Origin: Candidatus Binatia bacterium
GTDB taxonomy: Bacteria > Desulfobacterota > Binatia > HRBIN30
NCBI GenBank assembly: GCA_038245295.1
Contig: JBBRSP010000024.1
Coordinates: forward strand, 1 to 64,000
Reading direction: 5' to 3'
DNA length: 64,000 nucleotides
The notes beneath the pieces are model-generated. The model made no database searches. It saw only the letters and a list, made by a program, of their open reading frames with translations, and was not told where the DNA came from. Positions within the stretch are counted from its first letter, which is position 1. Each line of letters starts with the position of its first letter. Of this stretch, positions 10,239 through 19,892 are shown piece after piece. A program made the position numbers and the translations under genes.

Positions 10239-10384
10239 ACGACGTAACGCAAAGGTGAAGGACCGCCCCGGAAGTTAGGCTACCTACGGTCGCCCACGAA
10301 GGCCGCTCCGTAGTTCGGTCTGTCGGGCTATGCGACAGCCGGCGCCTTCCCGGCGCTCGGGCTTCCTGCGGTCGGGGACGTCGT
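10239..10384. ncRNA. Candidate unidentified structured RNA (long interrupted stem closing a 4-way junction)
   Basis: Six complementary helices readable in an intergenic region between convergent genes; no match to a family I recognise. Confidence 0.45.
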
Positions 10385-10432
10385 CGTGACGGACAACTTC
10401 ATCAACCAATAAGCCATCTCAGGGAGGGCGCT

Positions 10433-11437
10433 TCACGCCGGGTCGTCGGGCGGCGCATACCCGAGCCGCTTATCGACGACGTTGCGCAACGGCTTGCCGG
10501 CGATGTAACGCCCGAGGTTGTCCTCGAAGAGATCGAGCGCTTTGCGCAGGTAGTTCGGTGTGTAGCCGGAGATGTGCGGCGTCAGCACCAGATTCGGGAG
10601 CTTCCAGAACGGGTGATCGCTGGGCAGCGGTTCTTCGCGGAAGACGTCGAGAGCCGCGCCGCCGATGGCACCGCGCTGCAGGGCCGACACCAGAGCCTCG
10701 TCGTCGATCAACTCACCGCGGCCGACGTTGATCAGGTGGGCAGTCGATTTCATCGCCTTCAATTCCGCTTCGCCGATCATGTCGCGTGTCTCGGCGGTTA
10801 GCGGCAAGGCGATGACCACGAAGTCGGCCCAGGACAGCAGCTCGTGGAGACGGTCGGGTGGAACTACCGCTTCGACATCCGGCAGCGGGCGTGTGGCGTC
10901 CCGTCGCATCACGCGTACATGCATGCCGAGCGCGGCGGCGCTCTTCGCCAGATTCTGCCCGATGGCCCCGGCGCCAAGGATCGCCAGATTGCTTTCGTTC
11001 AGCTCGATGATGCTCGGACCAAACAGCAGACACTGAAAACGATTCCACTCCTGTGCCGCCTGCAAGCGCTGCGCCTCGTGGAAGTTGCGCGCCAGGATCA
11101 ACATCTGGCCAAGCACGTGCTCCGGAATGCAGACCGCGTGCAGGCCCGTGCCGCCGGTCAGTGTGACGTCGCTCGCTTGCATCTCCGGGAATAGATTTGT
11201 CTCGATGCCGGCCGAGATCGACTGTACCCAACGCAGCTGCTTAGCGGCGACGAACACTTCGGCTGGAATGTGGAAGCCGACGAAGACCTCGGCGTCGGTG
11301 ATCTGCCCGGGCAGATCGGCGGGGTCGTCGACCGCCACGACATTCGCGCCGGGGAAACGTGCCTCGATCCGCAGGCGGTCTTCCTCGGCGAGATTCCAGT
11401 GCACTTCCTTCATGTGAAAGAACCCGACAATTTTCAT
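10433..11437 (-). CDS. D-2-hydroxyacid dehydrogenase (NAD-binding)
   Basis: GAGAIG, LPLTAETR, INVGRG, ALDVFREEPL, TPHISG. Confidence 0.93.
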   Translation of the reverse strand: MKIVGFFHMKEVHWNLAEEDRLRIEARFPGANVVAVDDPADLPGQITDAEVFVGFHIPAEVFVAAKQLRWVQSISAGIETNLFPEMQASDVTLTGGTGLHAVCIPEHVLGQMLILARNFHEAQRLQAAQEWNRFQCLLFGPSIIELNESNLAILGAGAIGQNLAKSAAALGMHVRVMRRDATRPLPDVEAVVPPDRLHELLSWADFVVIALPLTAETRDMIGEAELKAMKSTAHLINVGRGELIDDEALVSALQRGAIGGAALDVFREEPLPSDHPFWKLPNLVLTPHISGYTPNYLRKALDLFEDNLGRYIAGKPLRNVVDKRLGYAPPDDPA

Positions 11438-11533
11438 GGCTGTGTCAGTAAACCGTTCGTCGCCAAATTGCATCGGTGCCGACGTTACGCGTCGAGTCCT
11501 CGGTCAACCGGCGCTCGGCTGACCGCAAGGCTT

Positions 11534-13240
11534 CTACGAGGGCAAACGCTCGATGTGGTAGCGCAGAGCGAACGGATCGCCGGTGACGGTGCATGTGTCG
11601 CCCGAGGCGCAGTCCGCACTCGACAAGCACTGTTGTGAGGCATCGGCCGTGCAATGCCCGCCGTCGCCTCCCTGGCTGATCGTTTCGTAGGACTGGCCGG
11701 AGCCGAAGTCGGGGCCATCGTAACGCGCCCGCGCTTCCCCCGAGGAGTGCGGCGACGTCAGGATACACGTCAGGCCGTCGCCGAAGCCGAGGCGCGCCAA
11801 CTCCTCCTTGAGGGAATGTCCGAACACCGAGCTGATGCAGTCGTCGGCGGCGCCGTTGGCGATGATCTCGATGCGCCCGCTTGCCGGTACGTAGTCATCG
11901 AACACTATGTTCTGTGCAATGACGTCGCCGCGCTCGACGACGTCGAGACCGGAGAACTCGCGCCACTCGCCGTTGAGCGCGGCTTGCAAGCGCCAGCGCT
12001 TGAGATCGCCGACGGTGGCGACAGCGGGGACCTTCGGGCGCAATGGATTGCGGATGACCGCCGCATCGATGTGGACGCGCACATGCACCAGTGCGGTGGT
12101 GTCCTTTTCCCAGCCGGCGCTGACGCGACCGGCGAAGGTGTTTGGCAATTGTCCGCCGACCATCTGCGTCAGCAACACGCGTGCGGTGAGATGCGGTGTG
12201 GAATCGTTCTCGTGTGATTGGATGTCGATCGCGGCCGGCACTTCGCCGGGCGTGTCGCGCTGGGTTACTTTCCAGATGGCTTTGCCGGTGCCGGCTGGTT
12301 TCGGCGGTAGCGGCACGTCGAATTCGAAGTCGCGCGAGTTGAGCACGGCGCGGTTGACCGGATCCTTCAGCGGGTAGCAGTCGGAAGCCAGCTGGCCCAT
12401 CGGGTTGCGGAGGTGGGTGAGGACGCAGCGATCACCGGCACCGCCACCGAAGGCGTTGATGAACACATCGACGTTGGTTGCCGGCTGCGCCGCGCTGCCA
12501 TCCTTGAGGACCGCTCCACGGCCGTGACGAATCACGGCGCTGGCGTAGGGCGGATGCAGCTCCGAGGAGTAACCGAACTTGACGCCGACGCAGGTCTCGT
12601 CCGCCTGGCACATCGGGCATTTGGCCGGCTTGCACTCGGCATCGATGACACAGGCGACATCGGTTGCCGCCGAGCAATGGCCGGCGTGTGCATCCGGGTG
12701 ACCGCAATCGAAGATCCAGCGGCCGAGGGCGACGATGTCGTCGCCTGGACTGCCCCAGGCCCAGTCAGGATAGGCGCCGGCTTCCCACTCGATCGCCAGC
12801 TCGTGCGGATTGGCGGTGGCGTAACGAGCGGCGTCGGCGTCATCGAGCTCGATGAACGTGTTGACGTCGCTGCGGGTATGGGTCGACGGGAAGTCGCCGC
12901 CGGTATCACCGTGGCCACCCATGATCGTGCCATGCACGAGGACCGGTTTGCTCTCGATGACCGGGCCATTCACCGCCGGCGACCATTCGGGATTGATCAG
13001 TGTCAGCATGTCGAGCGGGCTGTCGAGGTTGAGCGGCTCCGGGTAACAGCCGCCGCCGTAGGTCGAGGCGCCGAGGTTGCTGTCGGCCGGCTGCGGCGAG
13101 GCCGCCGGTGTCGGAGTCGCCGCTGGTAGAGTCGCCGTGACGGTTGGTCCCGCGGGCGTCGACTTGGAGTCGTCGCCGCAGCCGCCGAGGCCGGTTGTCG
13201 CGACTAGGAGGGACAGGAACGCATAACGGCGTAGATTCAT
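11534..13240 (-). CDS. Cys-rich lipoprotein of unknown function
   Basis: Lipobox LGGC, Pro/Thr linker, GRWIFDCGHP...ELHPP, two Cys-rich modules. Confidence 0.7.
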   Translation of the reverse strand: MNLRRYAFLSLLVATTGLGGCGDDSKSTPAGPTVTATLPAATPTPAASPQPADSNLGASTYGGGCYPEPLNLDSPLDMLTLINPEWSPAVNGPVIESKPVLVHGTIMGGHGDTGGDFPSTHTRSDVNTFIELDDADAARYATANPHELAIEWEAGAYPDWAWGSPGDDIVALGRWIFDCGHPDAHAGHCSAATDVACVIDAECKPAKCPMCQADETCVGVKFGYSSELHPPYASAVIRHGRGAVLKDGSAAQPATNVDVFINAFGGGAGDRCVLTHLRNPMGQLASDCYPLKDPVNRAVLNSRDFEFDVPLPPKPAGTGKAIWKVTQRDTPGEVPAAIDIQSHENDSTPHLTARVLLTQMVGGQLPNTFAGRVSAGWEKDTTALVHVRVHIDAAVIRNPLRPKVPAVATVGDLKRWRLQAALNGEWREFSGLDVVERGDVIAQNIVFDDYVPASGRIEIIANGAADDCISSVFGHSLKEELARLGFGDGLTCILTSPHSSGEARARYDGPDFGSGQSYETISQGGDGGHCTADASQQCLSSADCASGDTCTVTGDPFALRYHIERLPS

Positions 13241-13276
13241 CGTCTTACTCCTCACCTGGCCTACGATTGTCCCGCA

Positions 13277-13771
13277 TCAACTGCCTAGGCTGGCGAGCGA
13301 CTGATCGAGCTCGTCGCGCGAGGCGTGACTGGGGTACTTCCAAATGTTGCTCATGATCGCCGACAGCTCGTTGAAGCGTGCGTTGCCGGCGCACATTGCC
13401 TGAGCCTGATTGCGATAGAGCTCCGCATCCGTGAGCAGTTTCAACAGGTCGTCGGGCAACGTTTTCGTTTCCGTACGCTCGTGCCAGCGGCCTTTGCCGC
13501 GTCGCAGAGTCGACTCGATTGTGGCAAGGGCGGCGTCACAGGTCGGCGCTTTGAAATGATCGAGCGACTCCAACGCCTCGGCGCGCATGCGCTGTTCCAT
13601 CTCCGTCTCGCGCTGCTCCGCCTCGGCGTCGCCATCGTGGTCGCGCTCAACGAGGTGCTCGAGCCGCGCCAGCATCGAGTCGTTTTTCGGTTCCGACGAC
13701 GCCTGTGACTTGCAACCGCACAGCGGTGACAACCCCAGCGCCAAAGCGAACACGATCGGCCACAACTGCAT
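13277..13771 (-). CDS. Hypothetical lipoprotein
   Basis: Hydrophobic N-terminus with LCGC, helical body; collinear with neighbours. Confidence 0.6.
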   Translation of the reverse strand: MQLWPIVFALALGLSPLCGCKSQASSEPKNDSMLARLEHLVERDHDGDAEAEQRETEMEQRMRAEALESLDHFKAPTCDAALATIESTLRRGKGRWHERTETKTLPDDLLKLLTDAELYRNQAQAMCAGNARFNELSAIMSNIWKYPSHASRDELDQSLASLGS

Positions 13772-13824
13772 GCGCAGCGTATAGTCCCCGCTGCCGCGGT
13801 GGTCTACCTGCGGATTCAGGCGGG

Positions 13825-13884
13825 GTAGGCGCAGGCTTTAGCCTGCGGGCTGCGGACTCGCCTAAAGCCTGCCCCCGAGCCTAC
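13825..13884. repeat. GTAG-type REP doublet (GTAGGCGCAGGCTTTAGCCTGCG family)
   Basis: Same family at 24245-24316 and 27196-27331. Confidence 0.7.
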
Positions 13885-14486
13885 GGTACTGCTGACGGGG
13901 TCGGTGTCGCATTGATGCACGGTCCACACGGATGCGCCGGACAGTTTTCACGAACCATCTCGCACAGAAAACACGGGATGCTACCGCACTCAGGGCAGTT
14001 GCCGACATAGGGTGTCCCGGTCGGGGCGCAGGTCACGGTGTTTGTGGGTGAGGGCGAGGGCGTCAGTGTCGCGGTTGGTCGGGTCGGCGTCGGCGTGACG
14101 CAAATCGTTCCACAACCTCCCGGGCAGTTCTCGGAACAGAAGAAGACCTCACCGCTCTGGCACAGCGGCGGTGTACATAACGGTCGCGGCGTCTCGGTCG
14201 CCGTCGCTGTGGGGGCAGCCACACAGCCGTCGAGCACCACGTGCACGGCGAGGAGCAATTCATCGACGGTGATTTGGGCGTTACCGTCCACATCGAGATT
14301 GGGGCATGCTTGTACCGAACCCTGCCCCAGGGCGATCGTTACGCCGCGCACGACTTCGTCAACCGTGACACGTCCGTCGCCGTTACAGTCGCCGACACAA
14401 GCCTGCGCAAAAGTCGTCGTGACGAATGCCGGAGCGCAGCAGACCACGAATGCGATAAGCCCGTGTACCAATGGTTGCGAGTGCAT
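13881..14486 (-). CDS. Secreted protein with dockerin-like double Ca-binding repeat and Cys/Pro/Thr-rich tail
   Basis: Signal peptide, CVGDCNGDGRVTVDEVV...DVDGNAQITVDELLLAV...LDGC; G-rich RBS before ATG 14486. Confidence 0.75.
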   Translation of the reverse strand: MHSQPLVHGLIAFVVCCAPAFVTTTFAQACVGDCNGDGRVTVDEVVRGVTIALGQGSVQACPNLDVDGNAQITVDELLLAVHVVLDGCVAAPTATATETPRPLCTPPLCQSGEVFFCSENCPGGCGTICVTPTPTRPTATLTPSPSPTNTVTCAPTGTPYVGNCPECGSIPCFLCEMVRENCPAHPCGPCINATPTPSAVP

Positions 14487-14629
14487 CGTGTCATTCCCCC
14501 CTCTGAGTTCTTTACTCGGCACGGTGTCGCGAATCCACGAAAAGTTGCTTGGGTGCTCCGCGCTTCCGGCCTTCGCCCCGGCGTGACGACTGGTTGGCTT
14601 ACGCGGCAAGGTAGGCGATAAAGCAGCCC

Positions 14630-15523
14630 GTGGATCCATCCCGTCCTGACCAACCCCCGAGCGTCCCGTATGTGTCGCTGACTGCCGCCGGTCGTCTCAA
14701 CGTCGCACGGCGCGGTGTCGCGCGCCCCGGTTTCTCGGATCTCTATCATCGCCTGGTCACCGCGTCGTGGCCGCGCTTGCTCGTGCTCCTGGCGGTCACC
14801 TATCTCGGCGTCAACGCCTTGTTCGCTCTGGCCTATGTCGAAGTCGGCGGCATCACCAACGCCGCGCCAGGATCCTTCGCCGACGCGTTCTTCTTCAGCG
14901 TCCAGACCATTGCAACGATCGGCTACGGTGTCATGGCGCCGCACTCACTGGCGGCGCACCTCATCGTCATCGCCGAAGTCTTCGTCGGCCTCGTCGGCCT
15001 GGCCGTCGTTACGGGGATCACCTTCAGCAAGTTCGCACGCCCTACGGCGCGCGTGCGTTTCAGTCGTAATCTGGTGGTCGGTCGGCGCGACGGTGCGACG
15101 GCGCTCATGTTCCGGATGGCCAACGAGCGCGGCAGCACCTTGGTCGAAGCGACGGCCCACGTCTCGCTGATTCGCAGCGAGCAAACCGTCGAAGGCGAAA
15201 CGGTGCGGCGCTTCCTCGATTTGCCTTTGACGCGGCAGACGAACTTGATCTTTGCCCTTAGCTGGTCGGTCGTCCATGCGATCGACCCGCTGAGCCCTTT
15301 GTTCGGTGAAACAGCGGAGTCGTTGCAGGCCAGCGATGCGGCGGTCGTCGTGTCGGTCCTGGCGATCGACGAAGTTACCGGGCAAACGGTTCACACACGC
15401 CACGGATACAACGCCGAGGACATCGTCTGGAACGCGCGCTTCGTCGACATCCTCGGTGTCGGACCCGACGGGGAACGGTTCATCGACTACCGGCTGTTTG
15501 ACGATGTGGTGCCTCTGGGCTGA
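14630..15523 (+). CDS. Inward-rectifier potassium channel (KirBac-like)
   Basis: FFFSVQTIATIGYG selectivity filter, two TM helices, KFARP, LMFRMANER, W-HxID-xSPL. Confidence 0.92.
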   Translation: MDPSRPDQPPSVPYVSLTAAGRLNVARRGVARPGFSDLYHRLVTASWPRLLVLLAVTYLGVNALFALAYVEVGGITNAAPGSFADAFFFSVQTIATIGYGVMAPHSLAAHLIVIAEVFVGLVGLAVVTGITFSKFARPTARVRFSRNLVVGRRDGATALMFRMANERGSTLVEATAHVSLIRSEQTVEGETVRRFLDLPLTRQTNLIFALSWSVVHAIDPLSPLFGETAESLQASDAAVVVSVLAIDEVTGQTVHTRHGYNAEDIVWNARFVDILGVGPDGERFIDYRLFDDVVPLG

Positions 15524-15684
15524 CGATCGAAGGGGGTCTGGTTCGTCGCGGCCGTATCTTGTCCGCATACGCCTCGACGCCCGGGGATCATGGCGCGGCG
15601 TCGCGACCGCGCCGTGCTTCGCGAGTTCCTTTCCACGGATCGTGGGTGGAGCTTCCAGAGATCCGGCGTGACACGGGTACTCGG

Positions 15685-16191
15685 TCAGCTGCTTGCAGGG
15701 ACCGGCGTCGCCGTAGAATGCGCGATCACGGATACCGGACTCGCTCGATCGATGCGATCGACCAACTCCCGCAGGTGACTCTCCGAGCAGTCGTCCTGGC
15801 CGCGAGCGCACCTGAGGGTAGCCCGGGCGAAGAACTGCTGTGCCCCTACAGGGTCATTTGAGCGGAGCCGTACATTGCCCAGACGCACCAGCGTACACGT
15901 TGTATCGAAGGAGTAGCCTGGGTCAGCGGCCGGCGGGCGGTGCGTATGCAGCTCCTCCTGCAGGGCAAGATACTCTTGCGGGGACTCCTCGGCAGCTTGA
16001 GGGTCGGAGTCGAAGTACAGAGCCAGCGCATGAACACCAACTTCAGAGGCATACAAGCCGTCGCGGAAATCACGAGTCCCGGTTGCCACTCGTGTGGCGT
16101 TAACGACCCCCCAAAAAAATCCGACGGCGACGCCGGCGGCCACGGCCAGCAGTATGGCAAGCATTAATCCAACGGTGCGCTTTGTCGTCAT
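15685..16191 (-). CDS. Hypothetical membrane-anchored protein
   Basis: N-terminal TM helix; directly follows the epimerase stop. Confidence 0.5.
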   Translation of the reverse strand: MTTKRTVGLMLAILLAVAAGVAVGFFWGVVNATRVATGTRDFRDGLYASEVGVHALALYFDSDPQAAEESPQEYLALQEELHTHRPPAADPGYSFDTTCTLVRLGNVRLRSNDPVGAQQFFARATLRCARGQDDCSESHLRELVDRIDRASPVSVIAHSTATPVPASS

Positions 16192-16192
16192 T

Positions 16193-17176
16193 CTACTTCA
16201 TACGGCGCAAGAACTCGGTTGCGCGCGCGAACCCAACGTCAGTTTTGGTTGGCACGAAGCCCAACTCGCGTTTCGCTTTGCTGCTGTCGACGCGCGGCTG
16301 CCATTGCAGGAACGTGATCTCCCCGGGCGACACCAGTGGCGTGAAGCCAAACGTGCGCGCCAGCGGCGCCGAGACGGCGGCGAGCAAGCGCAGGACCGAC
16401 AGCGGCGCGTTGCCGGGGATCTTCTTGAGATCAGCGATGCGCGCAACTTCCTGAGCGATCTCTTGCATCGACATGAACCCATCGGCGAGTAGGTAACGTT
16501 CACCGTCACGGCCGCGTTCGGCGGCGGCGATGTGTGCTTCCACAACGCCGTCGATATAGACCACCGGCATGCCGCCGGGTGGTAGCATCGGCACCTCGCC
16601 GTTCAGCAGCTTGCGGATCAACTCGTTCAGTGTGCCGAGTACGGGGCTCGGCCCATACACTGCCGAGGGATTGAGGAAGACCACCTGCAATCCCTTGGCG
16701 CGCGCCGCATCCGCTTCCTTCTCGGCCGCCTGCTTCGAACGTTCGTAGGCCGTGTGTTTCGGCTGCGTGTCGATGTTGCTCTCCACCAACGTGCCGCCGT
16801 TGGGTGCGGCGAAGACATCCATCGTCGAGGTGTAGACGACGCGCCGCACACCGGCGGCCAGCGCCGCCGCCATGACGTTGGCCGTGCCCTGGCGATTGAC
16901 GCGATCGAACACCGCATCGTCGCGCTGCCATTGCTCCGGCATGCCGGCGGCGTGGTAGACGACCTCGATCCCGTGCATCGCGACGCGCAACATCGTCGGC
17001 TCGGTGATGTCGCCGAGTTGCAGCTCGACGTAGGCCGGCAAAATTGCCGCAGCTTTGTGCGTATCGCGAACCAGTGCGTGCACCTCGTAGCCAAGGTCGC
17101 ACAGTCGCTTGGCCAGAGCATTGCCGACCAATCCGGTTGCTCCCGTCACCAGTACTCGCATGGACGGCAGAGACAT
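16193..17176 (-). CDS. NAD-dependent epimerase/dehydratase (dihydroflavonol reductase/HpnA-like extended SDR)
   Basis: VTGATGLVG, YHAAG, YERSK, NPSAVYGP. Confidence 0.9.
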   Translation of the reverse strand: MSLPSMRVLVTGATGLVGNALAKRLCDLGYEVHALVRDTHKAAAILPAYVELQLGDITEPTMLRVAMHGIEVVYHAAGMPEQWQRDDAVFDRVNRQGTANVMAAALAAGVRRVVYTSTMDVFAAPNGGTLVESNIDTQPKHTAYERSKQAAEKEADAARAKGLQVVFLNPSAVYGPSPVLGTLNELIRKLLNGEVPMLPPGGMPVVYIDGVVEAHIAAAERGRDGERYLLADGFMSMQEIAQEVARIADLKKIPGNAPLSVLRLLAAVSAPLARTFGFTPLVSPGEITFLQWQPRVDSSKAKRELGFVPTKTDVGFARATEFLRRMK

Positions 17177-17427
17177 CACGTCGCCCGGTGGAGTTCCAGC
17201 GGTGGAGCATCTGAATGTCCACCACGAGGCGCACAACGCTGGTTTCGCCCGCCCCGACCCCAGACTGCACAGAACGAATTTTGACAGGATGGACAGGATA
17301 GACAGGATGACTTGGGGCGATGCGAACTGAACGCTTCCTTATCTGGTAGACGTCGATGGATTGGCAACCATCGGTGTGTCTCCGTGTAATAGGCCGTCCA
17401 ATCCTTGTCGGCGCGCCCCACCCCACC

Positions 17428-17742
17428 AAGGCAAAACAGAGCAAGCTCGAGGCAAAGGGATGGCAGGTCGGATCGACCCAAGACTTTCTCGGCCTGTCCG
17501 ATCAGGAGAGCGCTCTGATTGAATTGCGGCTGTCGCTGGCCAAGGCCCTGCGGGCGTGGCGGTTGCGCCGCGATCTGTCGTAGGCCGAATTGGCAACCCG
17601 TCTTGGTTCAAGCCAGTCGCGAGTTGCAAAGATGGAGATGGGTGATGCGTCGGTATCTCTCGACCTGTTGCTGCGATCGTTGATCACTCTCGGTGCGAGC
17701 CGGCGGCAGCTTGCTCGGGCCATTGGGGCGGACGCCGACTGA
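17428..17742 (+). pseudogene. XRE-family HTH antitoxin-like pseudogene (in-frame TAG at 17581-17583, no clear start)
   Basis: Reads KLEAKGWQVGSTQDFLGL...LS*AELATRLGSSQSRVAKMEMGDASVSLDLLLRSL across the stop. Confidence 0.8.
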
Positions 17743-17825
17743 GGGTCGTCAGTGGCCAGACCCGTCCTGCGCCGTCCGCGAATTGCGTGCTTGTGATGGG
17801 TTGTGGGCAAAGCCCGCGTCGTGTG

Positions 17826-18002
17826 CTTCGTATTAATTACGTTCGAAATCGTCGCGGTGCGCGATGATTTGGCGAGCTTGAAACCAGCGTGCCGTTTTTT
17901 GCCACGGATGAACACCGATGAACACAGATGCAGGCCCTTTGGGCCTGCGGTGCGCGCCTGTCCGTTGGCAAGCCATCTGTGTTCATCTCATTCATCTGTG
18001 GC
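17826..18002 (+). repeat. ~170-bp composite repeat, left arm of an inverted pair (contains CCACGGATGAACAC / ATCTGTGTTCATC 9-mer hairpin)
   Basis: Close reverse complement of 18695-18860; diverged copy at about 47785-47953. Confidence 0.85.
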
Positions 18003-18133
18003 AAACGGCCTGAGTTGGGTGACGGGCGAAGCCCGCGTCGTGCTCTCCATGGCGGAGCATCCCTGTCCCGCGACGTTGCTGGAACTTTCCTGTGCCGCCG
18101 TGCTGTGCGAATGGGTGCTTCCGAGACCACGCG

Positions 18134-18598
18134 ATGACGGAACCGCAGATCTCCATCACTTTGGCGCGAATCACCGACGCGACACGCATCGCCACCATGT
18201 CGCAGCGTCTCATCGAGGACGGCCTCGACTGGGCCTGGCGCCCGGCGCGTGTTGCCTCGAGCATTCGCAACCGCGAGGCGCGTGTGATCGTGGCGTGTGA
18301 GGCGGGAGAAATTCTCGGCTTCGCCATCATGCGCTTCGGCGACGAGTCGGCACACCTCGACCTGTTCGCCGTGGCGCCCGAAGTACACCGGCGTGGCATC
18401 GGTCGTCGGCTACTCGAGTGGCTGGAGCAATGCGCCGTGGTTGCCGGTATCACGCGCATCGAGCTCGAGGTGCGTGCCGGCAATGCCGAAGGGCGGGCCT
18501 TCTACCGGCGGATGCAGTATCGCGATGTGGCGTGTTTGCCGGGCTACTACGAGCGACGCGAGGATGCGATTCGGATGCGGCGTGAGTTGGTGGCGTAG
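18134..18598 (+). CDS. GNAT family N-acetyltransferase (RimI-like)
   Basis: AVAPEVHRRGIGRRLL, LEVRAGN...AFY...YY..REDAIRM. Confidence 0.88.
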   Translation: MTEPQISITLARITDATRIATMSQRLIEDGLDWAWRPARVASSIRNREARVIVACEAGEILGFAIMRFGDESAHLDLFAVAPEVHRRGIGRRLLEWLEQCAVVAGITRIELEVRAGNAEGRAFYRRMQYRDVACLPGYYERREDAIRMRRELVA

Positions 18599-18694
18599 CT
18601 AGTATCGCCTGACTCCACCACGAAGGGCACGACGCGAGCTTTGCGCGCAACCGAACGCAAGCGCGCAACTCGCGCACGGGGCGGGACGCGTTTA

Positions 18695-18860
18695 GCCACA
18701 GATGAATGGGATGAACACAGATAGCTTGCCAACAACCAAGGGGTGCGACGCAGGCCGCAGGCCTGCATCTGTGTTCATCCGTGGCAAAAAACGGCGCGCT
18801 GGTTTCAAGCTCGCCAGATCATCGCGCGCCGCGACGATTTCGAACGATCGTAATACGAAG
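18695..18860 (-). repeat. ~170-bp composite repeat, right arm of the inverted pair
   Basis: Reverse complement matches 17826-18002. Confidence 0.85.
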
Positions 18861-18981
18861 ATCGCTGCGGAAACACCGGAACCGCGCACAAAGGTTCGTC
18901 AAGCGCAGACTCTTGACGAGCCGAGTATCTGGACGTTGGTTACGAGTTATCTTCGTATTACTCACGTTCGAATTCGTCGCC

Positions 18982-19126
18982 GGACGCGCAATTTAACAGG
19001 ATGGGCAGGATATGCAGGATGAACACGACAACAACGCGTTCCCTGTTCCATCCTGTTTATCCTGTCCATCCTGTTGAATTCGTTCTGCGGGGTGTGGGTT
19101 GGGTTGCGGGCGAAGCCGGCGTCGTG
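18982..19126. repeat. ~145-bp repeat with ACAGGATG/CATCCTGT 9-mer hairpin
   Basis: Near-identical copy at about 21851-21996; partial inverted copy at about 17255-17310. Confidence 0.85.
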
Positions 19127-19163
19127 ACCTTGCGGCTCTTCTTGCTGAGGACTCACCACCGAT

Positions 19164-19892
19164 TCACTGCAGCGTAAACAACCGCCCCAGGAGCGCCGGC
19201 ACCGCCTGCTCGACTCGCAACGGTCGCGCTCCCAGTGTCACTGCCTCAAATCCTTCCTCGGCGAGGAGCGCGACCTCGTAGTCGATGAACCCACCTTCCG
19301 GCCCGACCGCGAGAGTCAGCGGTTGGCTCAGTTGCGCCGGACAGGGATTCGTCGCTGTCGGATGGGCAACAAGGGCGCGGCTCTCGCCGACTAGCCCGGC
19401 GAGTTGATCCTGGACGAATGGTTTGAAGCGCCGCTGTAGCGTCACGTCGGGGAAGATCGTGTCGCGCCCTTGCTCGAGACCGAGACATAGTTGCTCGCGC
19501 AGCGACCCTTCTGCGAGCAGCGGACTCTCCCAAAAGCTCTTCTCGACACGCCAGGTGTTGAGCAGCACCACACGCGGCACACCCATCGCCGCGATGCACT
19601 GCAGCACGCGCTTCAGACTTTTCGGGCGCGGCAAGGCCAGCAGCAACGTCAGCGGCAGCTTCGGCGGCGGCGGTGTATCGAGCATGATGTCGAGATCGAC
19701 GCGCTCGGCCGAGATTTCAGTAACGATGCCATCACCGACCAACCCACCGGCGCGGCCGACGCGCAGGCGCTCTCCGATCTGAGCCCGGTGCACGGTGAAC
19801 ACATGCAGAGCTCGCCGCCCATGCAGGCGCACGCGGGTGTCGGAGACGAAATCATCGTCGAACAGCAGGATGAGATTCACGAGGCCTCTCAT
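19164..19892 (-). CDS. rsmE: 16S rRNA m3U1498 methyltransferase
   Basis: LALPRPK, EQG, AVGPEGGF, LGARPLRVEQA SPOUT motifs. Confidence 0.92.
   Translation of the reverse strand: MRGLVNLILLFDDDFVSDTRVRLHGRRALHVFTVHRAQIGERLRVGRAGGLVGDGIVTEISAERVDLDIMLDTPPPPKLPLTLLLALPRPKSLKRVLQCIAAMGVPRVVLLNTWRVEKSFWESPLLAEGSLREQLCLGLEQGRDTIFPDVTLQRRFKPFVQDQLAGLVGESRALVAHPTATNPCPAQLSQPLTLAVGPEGGFIDYEVALLAEEGFEAVTLGARPLRVEQAVPALLGRLFTLQ

Noticed and set aside
10239..10384. Second c-di-AMP riboswitch or other known riboswitch
   Set aside because: CCCGACAG occurs on the minus strand, but the remaining consensus blocks and a downstream gene are absent.
17581..17583. Amber recoding or readthrough of the HTH gene
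   Set aside because: TAG ends many intact genes here (e.g. recN, truA), no recoding machinery is visible and the start is also missing; a nonsense mutation is simpler.
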